A stretch of 64,000 bases of DNA from assembly GCA_021372615.1 (NCBI GenBank), contig JAJFUB010000034.1:34927-98926 (forward strand), in the 5' to 3' direction. This document shows, one piece after another, positions 35,385 to 43,803 of the stretch. Every line of letters starts with the position of its first letter. Within the stretch, counting starts at the first letter, position 1. Source of the stretch: a bacterium. GTDB taxonomy: Bacteria; Armatimonadota; Zipacnadia; Zipacnadales; UBA11051. The position numbers and the translations under genes were made by a program. The notes beneath the pieces were generated by a model. The model saw only the letters and a program-made list of their open reading frames with translations. It had not been told where the DNA came from and did not search any database.

Positions 35385-36938
35385 ATGCGCTACGACTTCA
35401 CCACCATGCGCCCCGGCGCCCTGCCCGCAGGCTTCAGCGGGGAGGGCTGGCAACTGGCGTCCGTCGCGCGCCACCCGCGCAACACGACCGCCATCAAGGC
35501 CGTGGACTCCCCCGACTACCATGTCGCCTTCCCCAGCATCTGCAAGGCGCAGAGCGGCGACCTGCTGGTCGTGTACCGCGAGGGCTTCACGCACGCGGTG
35601 AGTGAGGACCCGCACGACGGCAAAGTCGCCCTCATCCGCTCGACCGATGGCGGACGTACGTGGGGCGAGCGCGTCATCATCATGGACGGCGACGACTATG
35701 ACGACCGCAACGCCGCCATCGCCTGCGCGCTCCCCGCGTGCCAGCAGGATGCTGGCGCTCCTACGGCGCAGTTGCTCGTGTGCTGGGACAAGTGGAAGCC
35801 GAGCAAACACCGCGGGGCCTACGCCATGCTCAGCGACGACGAGGGGCACACGTGGAGCGCCCCGATCCGCCTGCAGCCCGTCGAGGATGTGCACACGCGG
35901 TCAGCGTCGCTCATGCTCAGCGACGGCCACTGGCTCATCCCGCTGGCCGAGGGTGAGGGCGACGGGCAGGCGGCATATGCCACGATCCTGGACCCGCGCA
36001 CGGGGCAGTCCGAGATGATCCCCATCACACCGGTGGGCGATCAGAACCTCGCCGACGAGGTCTGCGTCGCCCGCGCGGCGGACGGCTCGCTGGTGGCGCT
36101 GGGCCGTGCGGTGCGCGACCGGTACCTGTGGCAGACGCGCTCGCGCGACGAGGGACGCACGTGGGAGACGCCGTGGCTGTCGTCCATCCCCTCGCAGTAC
36201 ACGCCGGGCGATGTCATCGCCCTGGACAACGGTTGGCTGCTATGCAGCTTCTCGTTCCGCGAACGGCGCAATGAGCGGCTGGTGCTGTCCAAGGACCACG
36301 GGGAGACATGGGAGGTCGAGAACTCGATTGATGTCTTCGACGGCACCATGGCCGTGGGCGGCGACCGCTCGTATCCCGCGTCGGTACAGATTGACGCGGA
36401 CACGATCGGCACGGTGCTGTATGAGACGCAGGCCCATCCCGCGGGCGGGGCGATCTACTTCGTGACCAGCAAGCTCAGCGAGTTTGACCGCGCGCCGGTG
36501 ACGGCGCTCTACGCGCCGATGGAGGGGCCGGCTATCAGCCGGCCCGCCGTCACTGTCGCCCTCCCACCAGCCGCACAGGAGATCCGCTTCCGCTACCGCT
36601 TCACCGGCCGCTTCGGCGACGCCCCGAACCGGCTGGAGGTGAGCCTCGACGACCTCACTTTCGCCTACCAGATGGGCGCCACGCCCGACCGCAAGGGCGC
36701 GATCAACTACGTCCAGGCCAGCGGCCTGACGGCCAACGGCGAGGAGCACGAGGCGGTCGGCGATTGGTTCGACGACGGCAACGAGCACGAGCTGACCCTC
36801 CGCCGCGGCGCTGGCGGCTGGACGATGAGCCTCGACGGCCACGAGCAGATCACGGCCGCCGGGCCAGAGGCACCGGCGGCCGTGACGATTACGGCGGTGC
36901 GCGCGGGGATCGCCGTCTACGAGCTGGAGATCGCGTAG
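35385..36938 (+). CDS. BNR/Asp-box repeat exo-alpha-sialidase-like protein (GH33-like) with C-terminal lectin-like domain
   Basis: ATG 35385 follows AAGGAG. Four Asp-box motifs: STDGGRTW, SDDEGHTW, SRDEGRTW and SKDHGETW. The upstream extension to 34533 was rejected. Confidence 0.6.
   Translation: MRYDFTTMRPGALPAGFSGEGWQLASVARHPRNTTAIKAVDSPDYHVAFPSICKAQSGDLLVVYREGFTHAVSEDPHDGKVALIRSTDGGRTWGERVIIMDGDDYDDRNAAIACALPACQQDAGAPTAQLLVCWDKWKPSKHRGAYAMLSDDEGHTWSAPIRLQPVEDVHTRSASLMLSDGHWLIPLAEGEGDGQAAYATILDPRTGQSEMIPITPVGDQNLADEVCVARAADGSLVALGRAVRDRYLWQTRSRDEGRTWETPWLSSIPSQYTPGDVIALDNGWLLCSFSFRERRNERLVLSKDHGETWEVENSIDVFDGTMAVGGDRSYPASVQIDADTIGTVLYETQAHPAGGAIYFVTSKLSEFDRAPVTALYAPMEGPAISRPAVTVALPPAAQEIRFRYRFTGRFGDAPNRLEVSLDDLTFAYQMGATPDRKGAINYVQASGLTANGEEHEAVGDWFDDGNEHELTLRRGAGGWTMSLDGHEQITAAGPEAPAAVTITAVRAGIAVYELEIA
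36521..36550. repeat. Second copy of 30-nt palindromic repeat (ggaggggccggctatcagccggcccgccgt), here inside the sialidase-like CDS
   Basis: 29/30 identical to 8896-8925. Encodes MEGPAISRPAV in the CDS frame. Confidence 0.6.
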
Positions 36939-37765
36939 TCGTCGGGGTCCACGCCGACGGCGATATGCCCCAGGCAGTCGTACCAGTGGATGAAGGGGAC
37001 GCCATCCACGACGAGCCGTTGCGCGTCGGGCAGGTGCTCATCCCACGGCCCGCGATCGGCGTAGACCTTGTTACCATGCCCCCAGAGGCGGCCGTTGTAA
37101 CGCCGGCAGATGATGAGCCGCCCGTCGTCCGGGCGCACGAAGCACTCCATCAGCGCGTCCCGCTCGGTCGGCTGCGCCGGCACGTCAATGACATGCACGC
37201 ACTCGAACTTCCGCTCACCCACGGTCAGCTTCGCCATGCCCAGCACGCCTGCCCTGTCATCGGGGTCGTCCGGCGTGTGACGTTGGGCCAGCGCGCCGTC
37301 CGCCTGCCGGGCGAAGCGTCCCGTGTCGCGTAGTACGAGGGCGAAGCTGCCCCAGTCGTCATCGAAGCCCTCATCCAGGAAGGTGCGCAGCACACGCACG
37401 CCCCGTCGCCGGCGGTCGGTCCCCAGCCAGCGGCCCTGCTCGGCCGTTGCGGCGATGAAGGTCCACGACCGGCTGACTTGCCAGTCGCGTTCGTGGTCGT
37501 ACTCATCGTCCTGCAGCTCCAGGCCCTCGACGCCGTGCAGCTCGACCTTGCCGATCATGTGCACGTCCATCAGGTAGGTCAGCCGCCAGTCCGGCGGGTC
37601 GTACATCGTCCACATCGTGTGGTCACCGATCTGCAGCCGGCTGAACCCGTTGCGCACTTCCCGCCAGTGCAGCTCCGGCGCCGGCCGGTCGAGCGGCTCG
37701 ACCCGAAGGTCCGGCCGCAGCTCGGGGAACGGCTGCGGCTTCCCGCCAATCGTGAACAGACTCAT
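36917..37765 (-). CDS. Hypothetical protein (282 aa) translationally coupled downstream of ECF sigma factor; no recognisable anti-sigma features
   Basis: The sigma stop and this ATG are arranged as TGAGACATG. No TM helix and no HxxxCxxC zinc motif. The 3' end overlaps the convergent sialidase gene by 22 nt. Confidence 0.45.
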   Translation of the reverse strand: MSLFTIGGKPQPFPELRPDLRVEPLDRPAPELHWREVRNGFSRLQIGDHTMWTMYDPPDWRLTYLMDVHMIGKVELHGVEGLELQDDEYDHERDWQVSRSWTFIAATAEQGRWLGTDRRRRGVRVLRTFLDEGFDDDWGSFALVLRDTGRFARQADGALAQRHTPDDPDDRAGVLGMAKLTVGERKFECVHVIDVPAQPTERDALMECFVRPDDGRLIICRRYNGRLWGHGNKVYADRGPWDEHLPDAQRLVVDGVPFIHWYDCLGHIAVGVDPDDYAISSS

Positions 37766-37768
37766 GTC

Positions 37769-38314
37769 TCATGCCTCCTCGTCCAGCCCGAGCGTCCGCC
37801 GCATGTGTCGTCGCGCCTCGTGCAGTCGCCGCTTGACGGTGCCGGCAGGACACTGCAGTTGCCGCGCGATCTCGGCGATGGACCAGCCCTCGGCGTAGAA
37901 CAGCTCCGCGGCCTCGCGCAGCGGCGGGCGCACCTGCCGCAGCGCCTCCTGCGCCGCCTCGACCTGCTCGTCGGCGCGGCCCGCCGCGCGCCCGTAGCGA
38001 TTGGCGGCAACCTCCAGGTGCTCCGCGGCCAGTGGTACGGTGGCCCGTCCCTGCGCCTTCCAGCAGTCGCGGCAGCGGTTGCGCGCGATCTGCAGCAGCC
38101 AGGCTCGTACGCGCCCGGCCTCCTGCAGCTTGCCGATATCCCGCCAGGCGTGCAGCAGCGTCTCTTGCAGGAGATCCTCCACGTCCTCGGGCCGTTCGAG
38201 CAGCCGCCGCAGCAGGGCGACGACGGGCCGCCCGTGCCGCTGCATCAACTCCGCGAAGGCAGCGCCCTCGCCCCGCGCACTACGGCTCACCAGTTCGGCA
38301 TCATCCGGCTGCAT
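37769..38314 (-). CDS. ECF (sigma-70 family, group IV) RNA polymerase sigma factor
   Basis: Region 2 LLQETLLHAWRDIGKL and region 4 HTH ...EGWSIAEIARQLQCPAGTVKRRLHEARRHMR. 181 aa. ATG 38314. The upstream extension to 39019 was rejected as low complexity. Confidence 0.8.
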   Translation of the reverse strand: MQPDDAELVSRSARGEGAAFAELMQRHGRPVVALLRRLLERPEDVEDLLQETLLHAWRDIGKLQEAGRVRAWLLQIARNRCRDCWKAQGRATVPLAAEHLEVAANRYGRAAGRADEQVEAAQEALRQVRPPLREAAELFYAEGWSIAEIARQLQCPAGTVKRRLHEARRHMRRTLGLDEEA

Positions 38315-38391
38315 GGGCACGCTCTCGGGCTGTTGATGAGAGAGTGGAGAAGGCGGGGAGCAAAAGGTTCGGCGCCTACGCCGGGGAGCGA

Positions 38392-40284
38392 CTACGGCGC
38401 CGGGGTCACGGTCGTGGTCAACTCCCAGGCCGCCGCGGGGGCGGCGGTCCGCGCGACCACACAGGTATGCATGAAGTCCCAACCGTTGTCCTTCTTCCCC
38501 AGGCACACCGTGTTGTCGGGCAGCTTCTCCTGTGTGACCTGCAGCGGCACGGAGCTGCTCAGGCTCAGCTTCCCCTCCGGCCACGCAACCTCCCAGGTCG
38601 TGCCGTCTCCGGTGATGGCAGCCACCTCGGCAGTGCCCAGGTGCCAGCGGAAGCACGTGACCGCGGGCTGTGCCGGGCCCTGCACGGTGTCGGCGACGCG
38701 CAGAGCGGCGGCGTCCCACGTCACGTGCCGCTGCCAGCGCTGCAGGCCGGGGTAGCAGGCCGTAGGCTCCACGATGAGGTCCCCGCCCTCGGCCGTCAGG
38801 CGGCTGACCGCCATCGGCGCCACGGCCTTCCTGGGCTTTGCGTCCGCCACGTCGAGTACATTGTGCCCCACGACCGTTGAGTAGAGCGTGTGGATGGTTG
38901 GGTTGTCGTAGCCGGGCGTCCCCGCCTCGATGAGCAGGGGCTTGCCGCGGGCGATGAAGTTCACGTGTCCCCGGTCGTAGTGGTCGTGGCCGTCGAGCGG
39001 ATGCCCGCCCCGCACCCACAGCCCGGTTGCGTCGTCAGCCCAGCTATCGCGCCAGTTGACGCGCCGCGCCGGCCCGTTGTAGAACGCGAACAGCGGCGGG
39101 GCCTGCGGCGGGACCGTCGCGGTGCGGGCCAGCAGGCCGATCAGGTCATCGGTCGGGCCGTCGTAGAGCGTGTCCAGCGCCCAGCGCGCAGCCGAGCTGC
39201 CCGCGAACACCGTCAGCGTCCCCAGCAGCCCCCGGGCGCCGCCGTCGTTGCGCCCGGTCTTGGCGCCACCGGCGTCGAAGCAGTTGACCCGCAGCCGCCC
39301 CGGCTGCAGGTGGTGGACCGCCCACGTCGGGAAGCCGCGCAGGAAGGGGTGATCGAGCGCCCGCGTGTCGCCGTGGGCCGCCATGGCATGCGCCGCCGCC
39401 AGCATCGACCCAACCGTGAACATCGCGTAGCCGATCCCCTCGTTGAACTCCCCCTGCTGCCCCTGCACGTCCATCGCCCGCAGCAGGTTCGTCACGCCCA
39501 GTTCGTACTCAGCCGCGAACTGGTCCTTGCCCAGCAGGAGACAGGCGCGGATGAGGCCTTCGGTCGGCAGCACCCACTGGTTGGTCTGTGGGTGGCCATT
39601 GCCCGACCGGAACCACCCGCGGCGCAAGCGCCAGTCGTCGCCGATCGTCTTGATCTCCCCGCGCAGCAGGCCGTGCACCTGCGCGACCAGCTCCGGCGGC
39701 AGGCTTCCAGCCGGCATCAGCTCCAGCGTGTCCGCAATCCCCCGGATGCCCTGGCCCGTGGCCAGCCAACTGCCGTCCCAGTAGCCGGCCGGCACGGGAT
39801 CGGGCGCGGGTGTGCAGAGCTGCCAGCCAGGCCGTTGCAGCGGCGACCATGTCGCCGTCTCCGCCAGTTGGCTGATGATCCGCGCGCGGAAGACCTCCTC
39901 GCCGGTGCAGCGGTACGCCAGGGCGAGCAGGGGCAACTCATTGAGAACCGTGCCGGCAGCCGCGAAGTCCGACATCGCCAGCCCGAACACTCCCTGCCGG
40001 GGCTGGCGGTCCATGAACTTCGCCCGCCCATCCAGCCACGTGCGGTTCTGGCCGATGTCGGCATACCGGTACACGCGCTTGACGATGGGCGTGGCAGCGA
40101 TCTTGCGCGCCCGCTCGACGATGGTCTGCAGCGGCGCCGCCAGTTCCGGCCGCTGCCGGACGGCATCGGCCATCGCGCCCCAGTCGCGCGCCGGGGCGCT
40201 GACTTGCCCCGAGGCCGGCAGGGACGACAGCGCGACGACCGCGAGGAGTGCCAGCGACAGCAGGCCACAGGCTGGGACAGTCAT
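38392..40284 (-). CDS. Secreted heparinase II/III-like polysaccharide lyase family protein
   Basis: Signal peptide MTVPACGLLSLALLAVVALSSLPASG. The C-terminal region GHDHYDRGHVNFIARGKPLLIEAGTPGY matches the heparinase II/III-like domain. RBS GGAGG upstream. Confidence 0.55.
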   Translation of the reverse strand: MTVPACGLLSLALLAVVALSSLPASGQVSAPARDWGAMADAVRQRPELAAPLQTIVERARKIAATPIVKRVYRYADIGQNRTWLDGRAKFMDRQPRQGVFGLAMSDFAAAGTVLNELPLLALAYRCTGEEVFRARIISQLAETATWSPLQRPGWQLCTPAPDPVPAGYWDGSWLATGQGIRGIADTLELMPAGSLPPELVAQVHGLLRGEIKTIGDDWRLRRGWFRSGNGHPQTNQWVLPTEGLIRACLLLGKDQFAAEYELGVTNLLRAMDVQGQQGEFNEGIGYAMFTVGSMLAAAHAMAAHGDTRALDHPFLRGFPTWAVHHLQPGRLRVNCFDAGGAKTGRNDGGARGLLGTLTVFAGSSAARWALDTLYDGPTDDLIGLLARTATVPPQAPPLFAFYNGPARRVNWRDSWADDATGLWVRGGHPLDGHDHYDRGHVNFIARGKPLLIEAGTPGYDNPTIHTLYSTVVGHNVLDVADAKPRKAVAPMAVSRLTAEGGDLIVEPTACYPGLQRWQRHVTWDAAALRVADTVQGPAQPAVTCFRWHLGTAEVAAITGDGTTWEVAWPEGKLSLSSSVPLQVTQEKLPDNTVCLGKKDNGWDFMHTCVVARTAAPAAAWELTTTVTPAP

Positions 40285-40327
40285 GCGGAGCCTCCAGGGG
40301 CCAGACGCAACATGCGGGTGGTTGACG

Positions 40328-41443
40328 CTACAACCCCGCCTCCAGCCTCACACCCGCCCCCACGAAGCGTGGCGTGTTCACCTCTACCACCACATTGCCA
40401 CTCGACCCCACCACCAGGACTGTTTTCTCCGGCGCCGTGTAGTACAGCCCCGTGCCACGCGGCGTTCCCGCGCCGCGCAGGGCATTGCCGGTCACGACCA
40501 CCATGCCCGTGCCATGCGTCACCGACACCGCGAGGTAGCGATAGGTCGAGGCTGGCTGCTTCTCGCCGCCGAAGTTGAGGATGCGGTTGTGGGCGATGGT
40601 GGAAGCTGCGCCGCCCTGCACGATGGCCTCGATGCCGCACCACGCCCCCGCCTCGTCCGTCTCGCCGAACCCCTCGATGTAGTTGTCACAGATCGAGGTG
40701 CCGAAGAGCCGGTGGGCATAGATGGCCGTGTGCGGCACCCCGTAGATGTGGTTGCGCTCGACCACCCAGCCGGCGGCGTTGTCCATGTGGATGCCGTCGG
40801 CGCCCGAGCTGGCGATCCAGTTGTCGCTCAGGATCCAGTCGGTCACGGAGTTCCCCGGGTCCTCGATGAAGATACCGTGCCGCCCCGAGTTCTCGATGAA
40901 GTTGCCGGAGATGCGCCCGTTCACCTGCGAGTTCTTGAGCCCGACGCCCTTGGCGCTGCGGCTGGTAAGCCGCAAGCCGTCCCCGCCCATGCTCGTGATG
41001 CAGACGTCCTCAACCACGCTCAGCCACGAGCGCAGGACCAGGCCGGCGGTCTGAGCCCCCGGGTTGCCCTTGCGGTTGCCGTTCAGCGTCAGGTGCCGCA
41101 CGGCCACGGGTGTGCCGGTCCACGGCGCGTCATCCAGGTACCCCGCGGAGGCGACGAGCGCGCCAAGGTTCGCCCCGTCCGCCTGCTTGAGGACCGTGCC
41201 CGTACGGCTCTCACCGCGCAGCGACCGCTGCCCGAGCAGGCGGATGGTCTGGTTGACGAGGAACGCCCCGCGGAGCACGACTTCGCTGCCCTCCGGGCTG
41301 GCGGCGATGGCCGCGTTAATGGCGGCGGCATCGGCAGGCGTGCTCGTGCCCACGACGATGATCGGCTCGGCCGCCCGCACGGCCTCCGCCCCCGCACCCC
41401 ACAGGAGAAAGCCGATCAGCGCCAGCCCTCGCCATGTCATCAT
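40328..41443 (-). CDS. Secreted right-handed parallel beta-helix repeat protein (pectate-lyase/GH28-like fold)
   Basis: Signal peptide MMTWRGLALIGFLLWGAGAEA. Repeated NxxGxxI/V motifs (GNFIENSGRHGIFIED, DNWIASSGADGIHMDN, ERNHIYG). Confidence 0.5.
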   Translation of the reverse strand: MMTWRGLALIGFLLWGAGAEAVRAAEPIIVVGTSTPADAAAINAAIAASPEGSEVVLRGAFLVNQTIRLLGQRSLRGESRTGTVLKQADGANLGALVASAGYLDDAPWTGTPVAVRHLTLNGNRKGNPGAQTAGLVLRSWLSVVEDVCITSMGGDGLRLTSRSAKGVGLKNSQVNGRISGNFIENSGRHGIFIEDPGNSVTDWILSDNWIASSGADGIHMDNAAGWVVERNHIYGVPHTAIYAHRLFGTSICDNYIEGFGETDEAGAWCGIEAIVQGGAASTIAHNRILNFGGEKQPASTYRYLAVSVTHGTGMVVVTGNALRGAGTPRGTGLYYTAPEKTVLVVGSSGNVVVEVNTPRFVGAGVRLEAGL

Positions 41444-41575
41444 CGCACCGTCCCTTCGCCTGCCGTTGGAGCGCGGGCTTTCCAGCCCGCGAGCCGTTGT
41501 CGTTGCCGTCCTGCAGGAGAGGGCAGAGCCGGGAGGCCCGCCTCACGTGCGCCGGCCCCTTCGGGACGAACGGCT

Positions 41576-41616
41576 GTGGGAGCGGTCACCCGGTCGCGGT
41601 CGGTGACCGCTCCCAC
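41576..41616. repeat. Perfect 14-bp-stem hairpin gtgggagcggtcac-N13-gtgaccgctcccac containing the 23-mer GGGAGCGGTCACCGACCGCGACC in inverted orientation (41592-41614)
   Basis: Seen directly. It shares the 23-mer exactly with 3221-3243. Intergenic, between the beta-helix gene and the Gfo gene. Confidence 0.6.
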
Positions 41617-41649
41617 ACCCTCCTCATCCCCTCATCCCGCCATCCCGCC

Positions 41650-42648
41650 CTACCTCAGCCGCACCGGTCGCCCCTCTGCCGCCGAGCGGATGAGCGCGTG
41701 CGCCACTTCCAGCGAGGCGAGCACTTCCTCGTGCGTCGGCACCTCGACCGGCAGGCCATGCGTCACGCAGCGCACGAAGTAGCCGATCTCGTCGCGCAGA
41801 GCGCCGACGGTCGCGCCGTAGATCTCCGGCCAGTACGACGTGTCCGGCGTCGTCACCCGGTCCTCCAGCCAGAACCCCAGCCCGTTCCCCGGGACTTCCA
41901 GTAATGCCGTCCCCTTGGTCCCGATCACCTCGCCGAGGATGTGGCCCCGCCACGGGGTCGAGTCGGGCAGCAGCCAGGCCGTCTCCACCACGCCCACCGA
42001 GCCGTCGTCCATCGTGATGATCCCCCAGAACAGGTCATCGCCGAGCCCGCCGACATCGGCGGTGCGCATGTAGACCTCCACCGGCCGGCGGTCGCCGAAG
42101 TACCACAGGATCAGGTCAATGTCGTGGATGCCGGTGGTGTAGAGGAGATTGGACTTGGTGAACTTCGCGCGCATCGCGAGGCTCTGGTTGCGACGGCCGT
42201 AGACGCTGACGACCTTCCCCAGCTCGCCCCGGTCAATGCTCCCCTTGATGGCGGCGCAACGGGTGTCGAAGCGCAGGAGGTGGCCGACCATCATCCGCCG
42301 CCCCAGCTCCCGCGCGCGGGCCACCATCCGCCGCGCCTCGTCCATGTCGTGGCTGAGGGGCTTTTCGACGAAGACATCGCATCCGGCCTCCAGCGCGGCC
42401 ATCACGGGCGCGAAGTGCCGGTTGTCATCGGTGACGACATGGACCGCGTCCAGCTCCACGGCGGCCAACATCGCGTCCACGTCGGGGAAGACGTGCGGCA
42501 CGCCGTAGCGGTCGGCCAGCTCGCGGGCGCGGGCCTCGGTGCGCGACACGAGCGCCACGACCTCAGCGCCGTCGAGCCCGGACAGGACGTCCAGATGCCG
42601 GGCCCCGAAGTCCCCGGCGCCAATGACGGCGAAGCGTTTGCGTTGCAT
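41650..42648 (-). CDS. Gfo/Idh/MocA family oxidoreductase
   Basis: Rossmann FAVIGAGDFGARHL and FVEKP motif. RBS AGGAGG. Confidence 0.8.
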   Translation of the reverse strand: MQRKRFAVIGAGDFGARHLDVLSGLDGAEVVALVSRTEARARELADRYGVPHVFPDVDAMLAAVELDAVHVVTDDNRHFAPVMAALEAGCDVFVEKPLSHDMDEARRMVARARELGRRMMVGHLLRFDTRCAAIKGSIDRGELGKVVSVYGRRNQSLAMRAKFTKSNLLYTTGIHDIDLILWYFGDRRPVEVYMRTADVGGLGDDLFWGIITMDDGSVGVVETAWLLPDSTPWRGHILGEVIGTKGTALLEVPGNGLGFWLEDRVTTPDTSYWPEIYGATVGALRDEIGYFVRCVTHGLPVEVPTHEEVLASLEVAHALIRSAAEGRPVRLR

Positions 42649-42662
42649 GTGGAGGGTGCCTC

Positions 42663-42710
42663 CTACAGGTGCTTCCGGAAGAACTCATGCGCCCGGTTGT
42701 CGGCAAGCAT
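42663..42710 (-). pseudogene. Relic A of esterase 3' end (encodes MLADNRAHEFFRKHL*)
   Basis: Protein-level and ~75% DNA similarity to the last 15 codons of the esterase 49334-50371 (FANNKAHEFFGKYL*). Lies between the APH stop and the Gfo start, and contains the Gfo RBS. Confidence 0.5.
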
Positions 42711-42727
42711 CGGCGGCTGCGCGGTGA

Positions 42728-43690
42728 CTAACCCGGCCCCGCCGCTTCCGGCAGGTAGGCATGGAGGCGCTCGCGCAGGACGCCGAGCTGCTGGTTGATG
42801 AACTCGTCATCCGTTGGGCGTCCGGTGAAGCGTGGCCAGTGTGTCGCAAAGACGGCCATGCGCCACACCTGGCGGGCCACGATGAACCAGGGGAGAGCCG
42901 CGAGCGTGGCCTCGGGCAACGGTCGGATCTCCCGGTAAGCCTGGCAGAAGCCGGCCCACAGGCTCTCGGTCTGGCAGAACAGGCGGCAGACCGCCAGGTC
43001 GTAGGCCCGCCAGCCTGGCCCACCGCAGTCGAAGTCGAACACCCACAGCGTGCCGTCTGTATCCCGGCGGAGGTTGCCGCCGTGGAAGTCGGCGTGGCAG
43101 AACCCCCACTCCAGTGTCGGGGCTTGCGACGCCAGGCCCGTGCGCAATGCCGCCACGGCTTCCGCCACGAAAGCCGCGTCCGTCGGGCGGTGTGCCAGGA
43201 GGCGCAGCACCACCGCGAGTGGCTGGTCGAGCAGGTGCCCCAGATCGAGGCGGAAGCGCTCGTGAGGGCAAGTGAAGCCGTCGGTGTGGCGGTGGATCAG
43301 CGCCATGGTGCGGCCACAGGCACGCAGGGCTTCGGGGTTGGTCAGGTCGGGCGGCTCGCCAGGAGCGTACGGGAACAGCACTGCTGCGCGCGGCCCGTCA
43401 TCGGCCTCAACAACAGTCTGAGCCGCGCCATCGCGCCGGGCGATCGGGCCACAGACCGCGAGCCCGCCCGTCGCCAGGTGGCTGAGCACCGCCAGTTCGT
43501 AGGCGATGTCGGCCGGCGTGCGCCAGCCGCGACGGTACAGCCGCAGCACGTACCGGCCCTGCAGCGACTCGATGAGGTAGTGCGTGTTCAGGCCGTCCTG
43601 GATCAGTTGACAGCTCGCGTTCCTGGCGAGCGGGTAGTGAGGCTGGAGGGCCTCGACCAGGGAGTCCGGACTGGGCGGAGCGTCGGACAT
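42728..43690 (-). CDS. Phosphotransferase enzyme family protein (APH / homoserine-kinase type II-like)
   Basis: ATG 43690 follows GGAG. Brenner-type catalytic motif FCHADFHGGNL and the WVFDFDCGGPG (DFD) motif. The upstream extension to 43807 was rejected. Confidence 0.6.
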   Translation of the reverse strand: MSDAPPSPDSLVEALQPHYPLARNASCQLIQDGLNTHYLIESLQGRYVLRLYRRGWRTPADIAYELAVLSHLATGGLAVCGPIARRDGAAQTVVEADDGPRAAVLFPYAPGEPPDLTNPEALRACGRTMALIHRHTDGFTCPHERFRLDLGHLLDQPLAVVLRLLAHRPTDAAFVAEAVAALRTGLASQAPTLEWGFCHADFHGGNLRRDTDGTLWVFDFDCGGPGWRAYDLAVCRLFCQTESLWAGFCQAYREIRPLPEATLAALPWFIVARQVWRMAVFATHWPRFTGRPTDDEFINQQLGVLRERLHAYLPEAAGPG

Positions 43691-43709
43691 GATGAGAGGC
43701 TCCATTGAG

Positions 43710-43803
43710 CTACAGGTACTCCCGGAAGAACGCATGCGCCTTGCTGTCGGCGAAGGCGTGCTCGCCGGGGTGGACATCGTGCCAGAGGTTCTTGCCGGCG
43801 CCG
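43710..43803 (-). pseudogene. Relic B of esterase 3' end (…LWHDVHPGEHAFADSKAHAFFREYL*)
   Basis: Homologous to esterase C-terminus DLWADIHPGEHMFANNKAHEFFGKYL*. Begins 1 nt after the stop of the LVIVD gene and ends 19 nt before the APH start. Confidence 0.5.

Noticed and set aside
38032-41782. Several long plus-strand ORFs (38032-38880, 38890-40578, 39812-41782)
   Set aside because: All are antisense to the sigma, heparinase-like and beta-helix genes, which have signal peptides and domain motifs. The antisense translations are Arg/Pro/Gly-rich low complexity.
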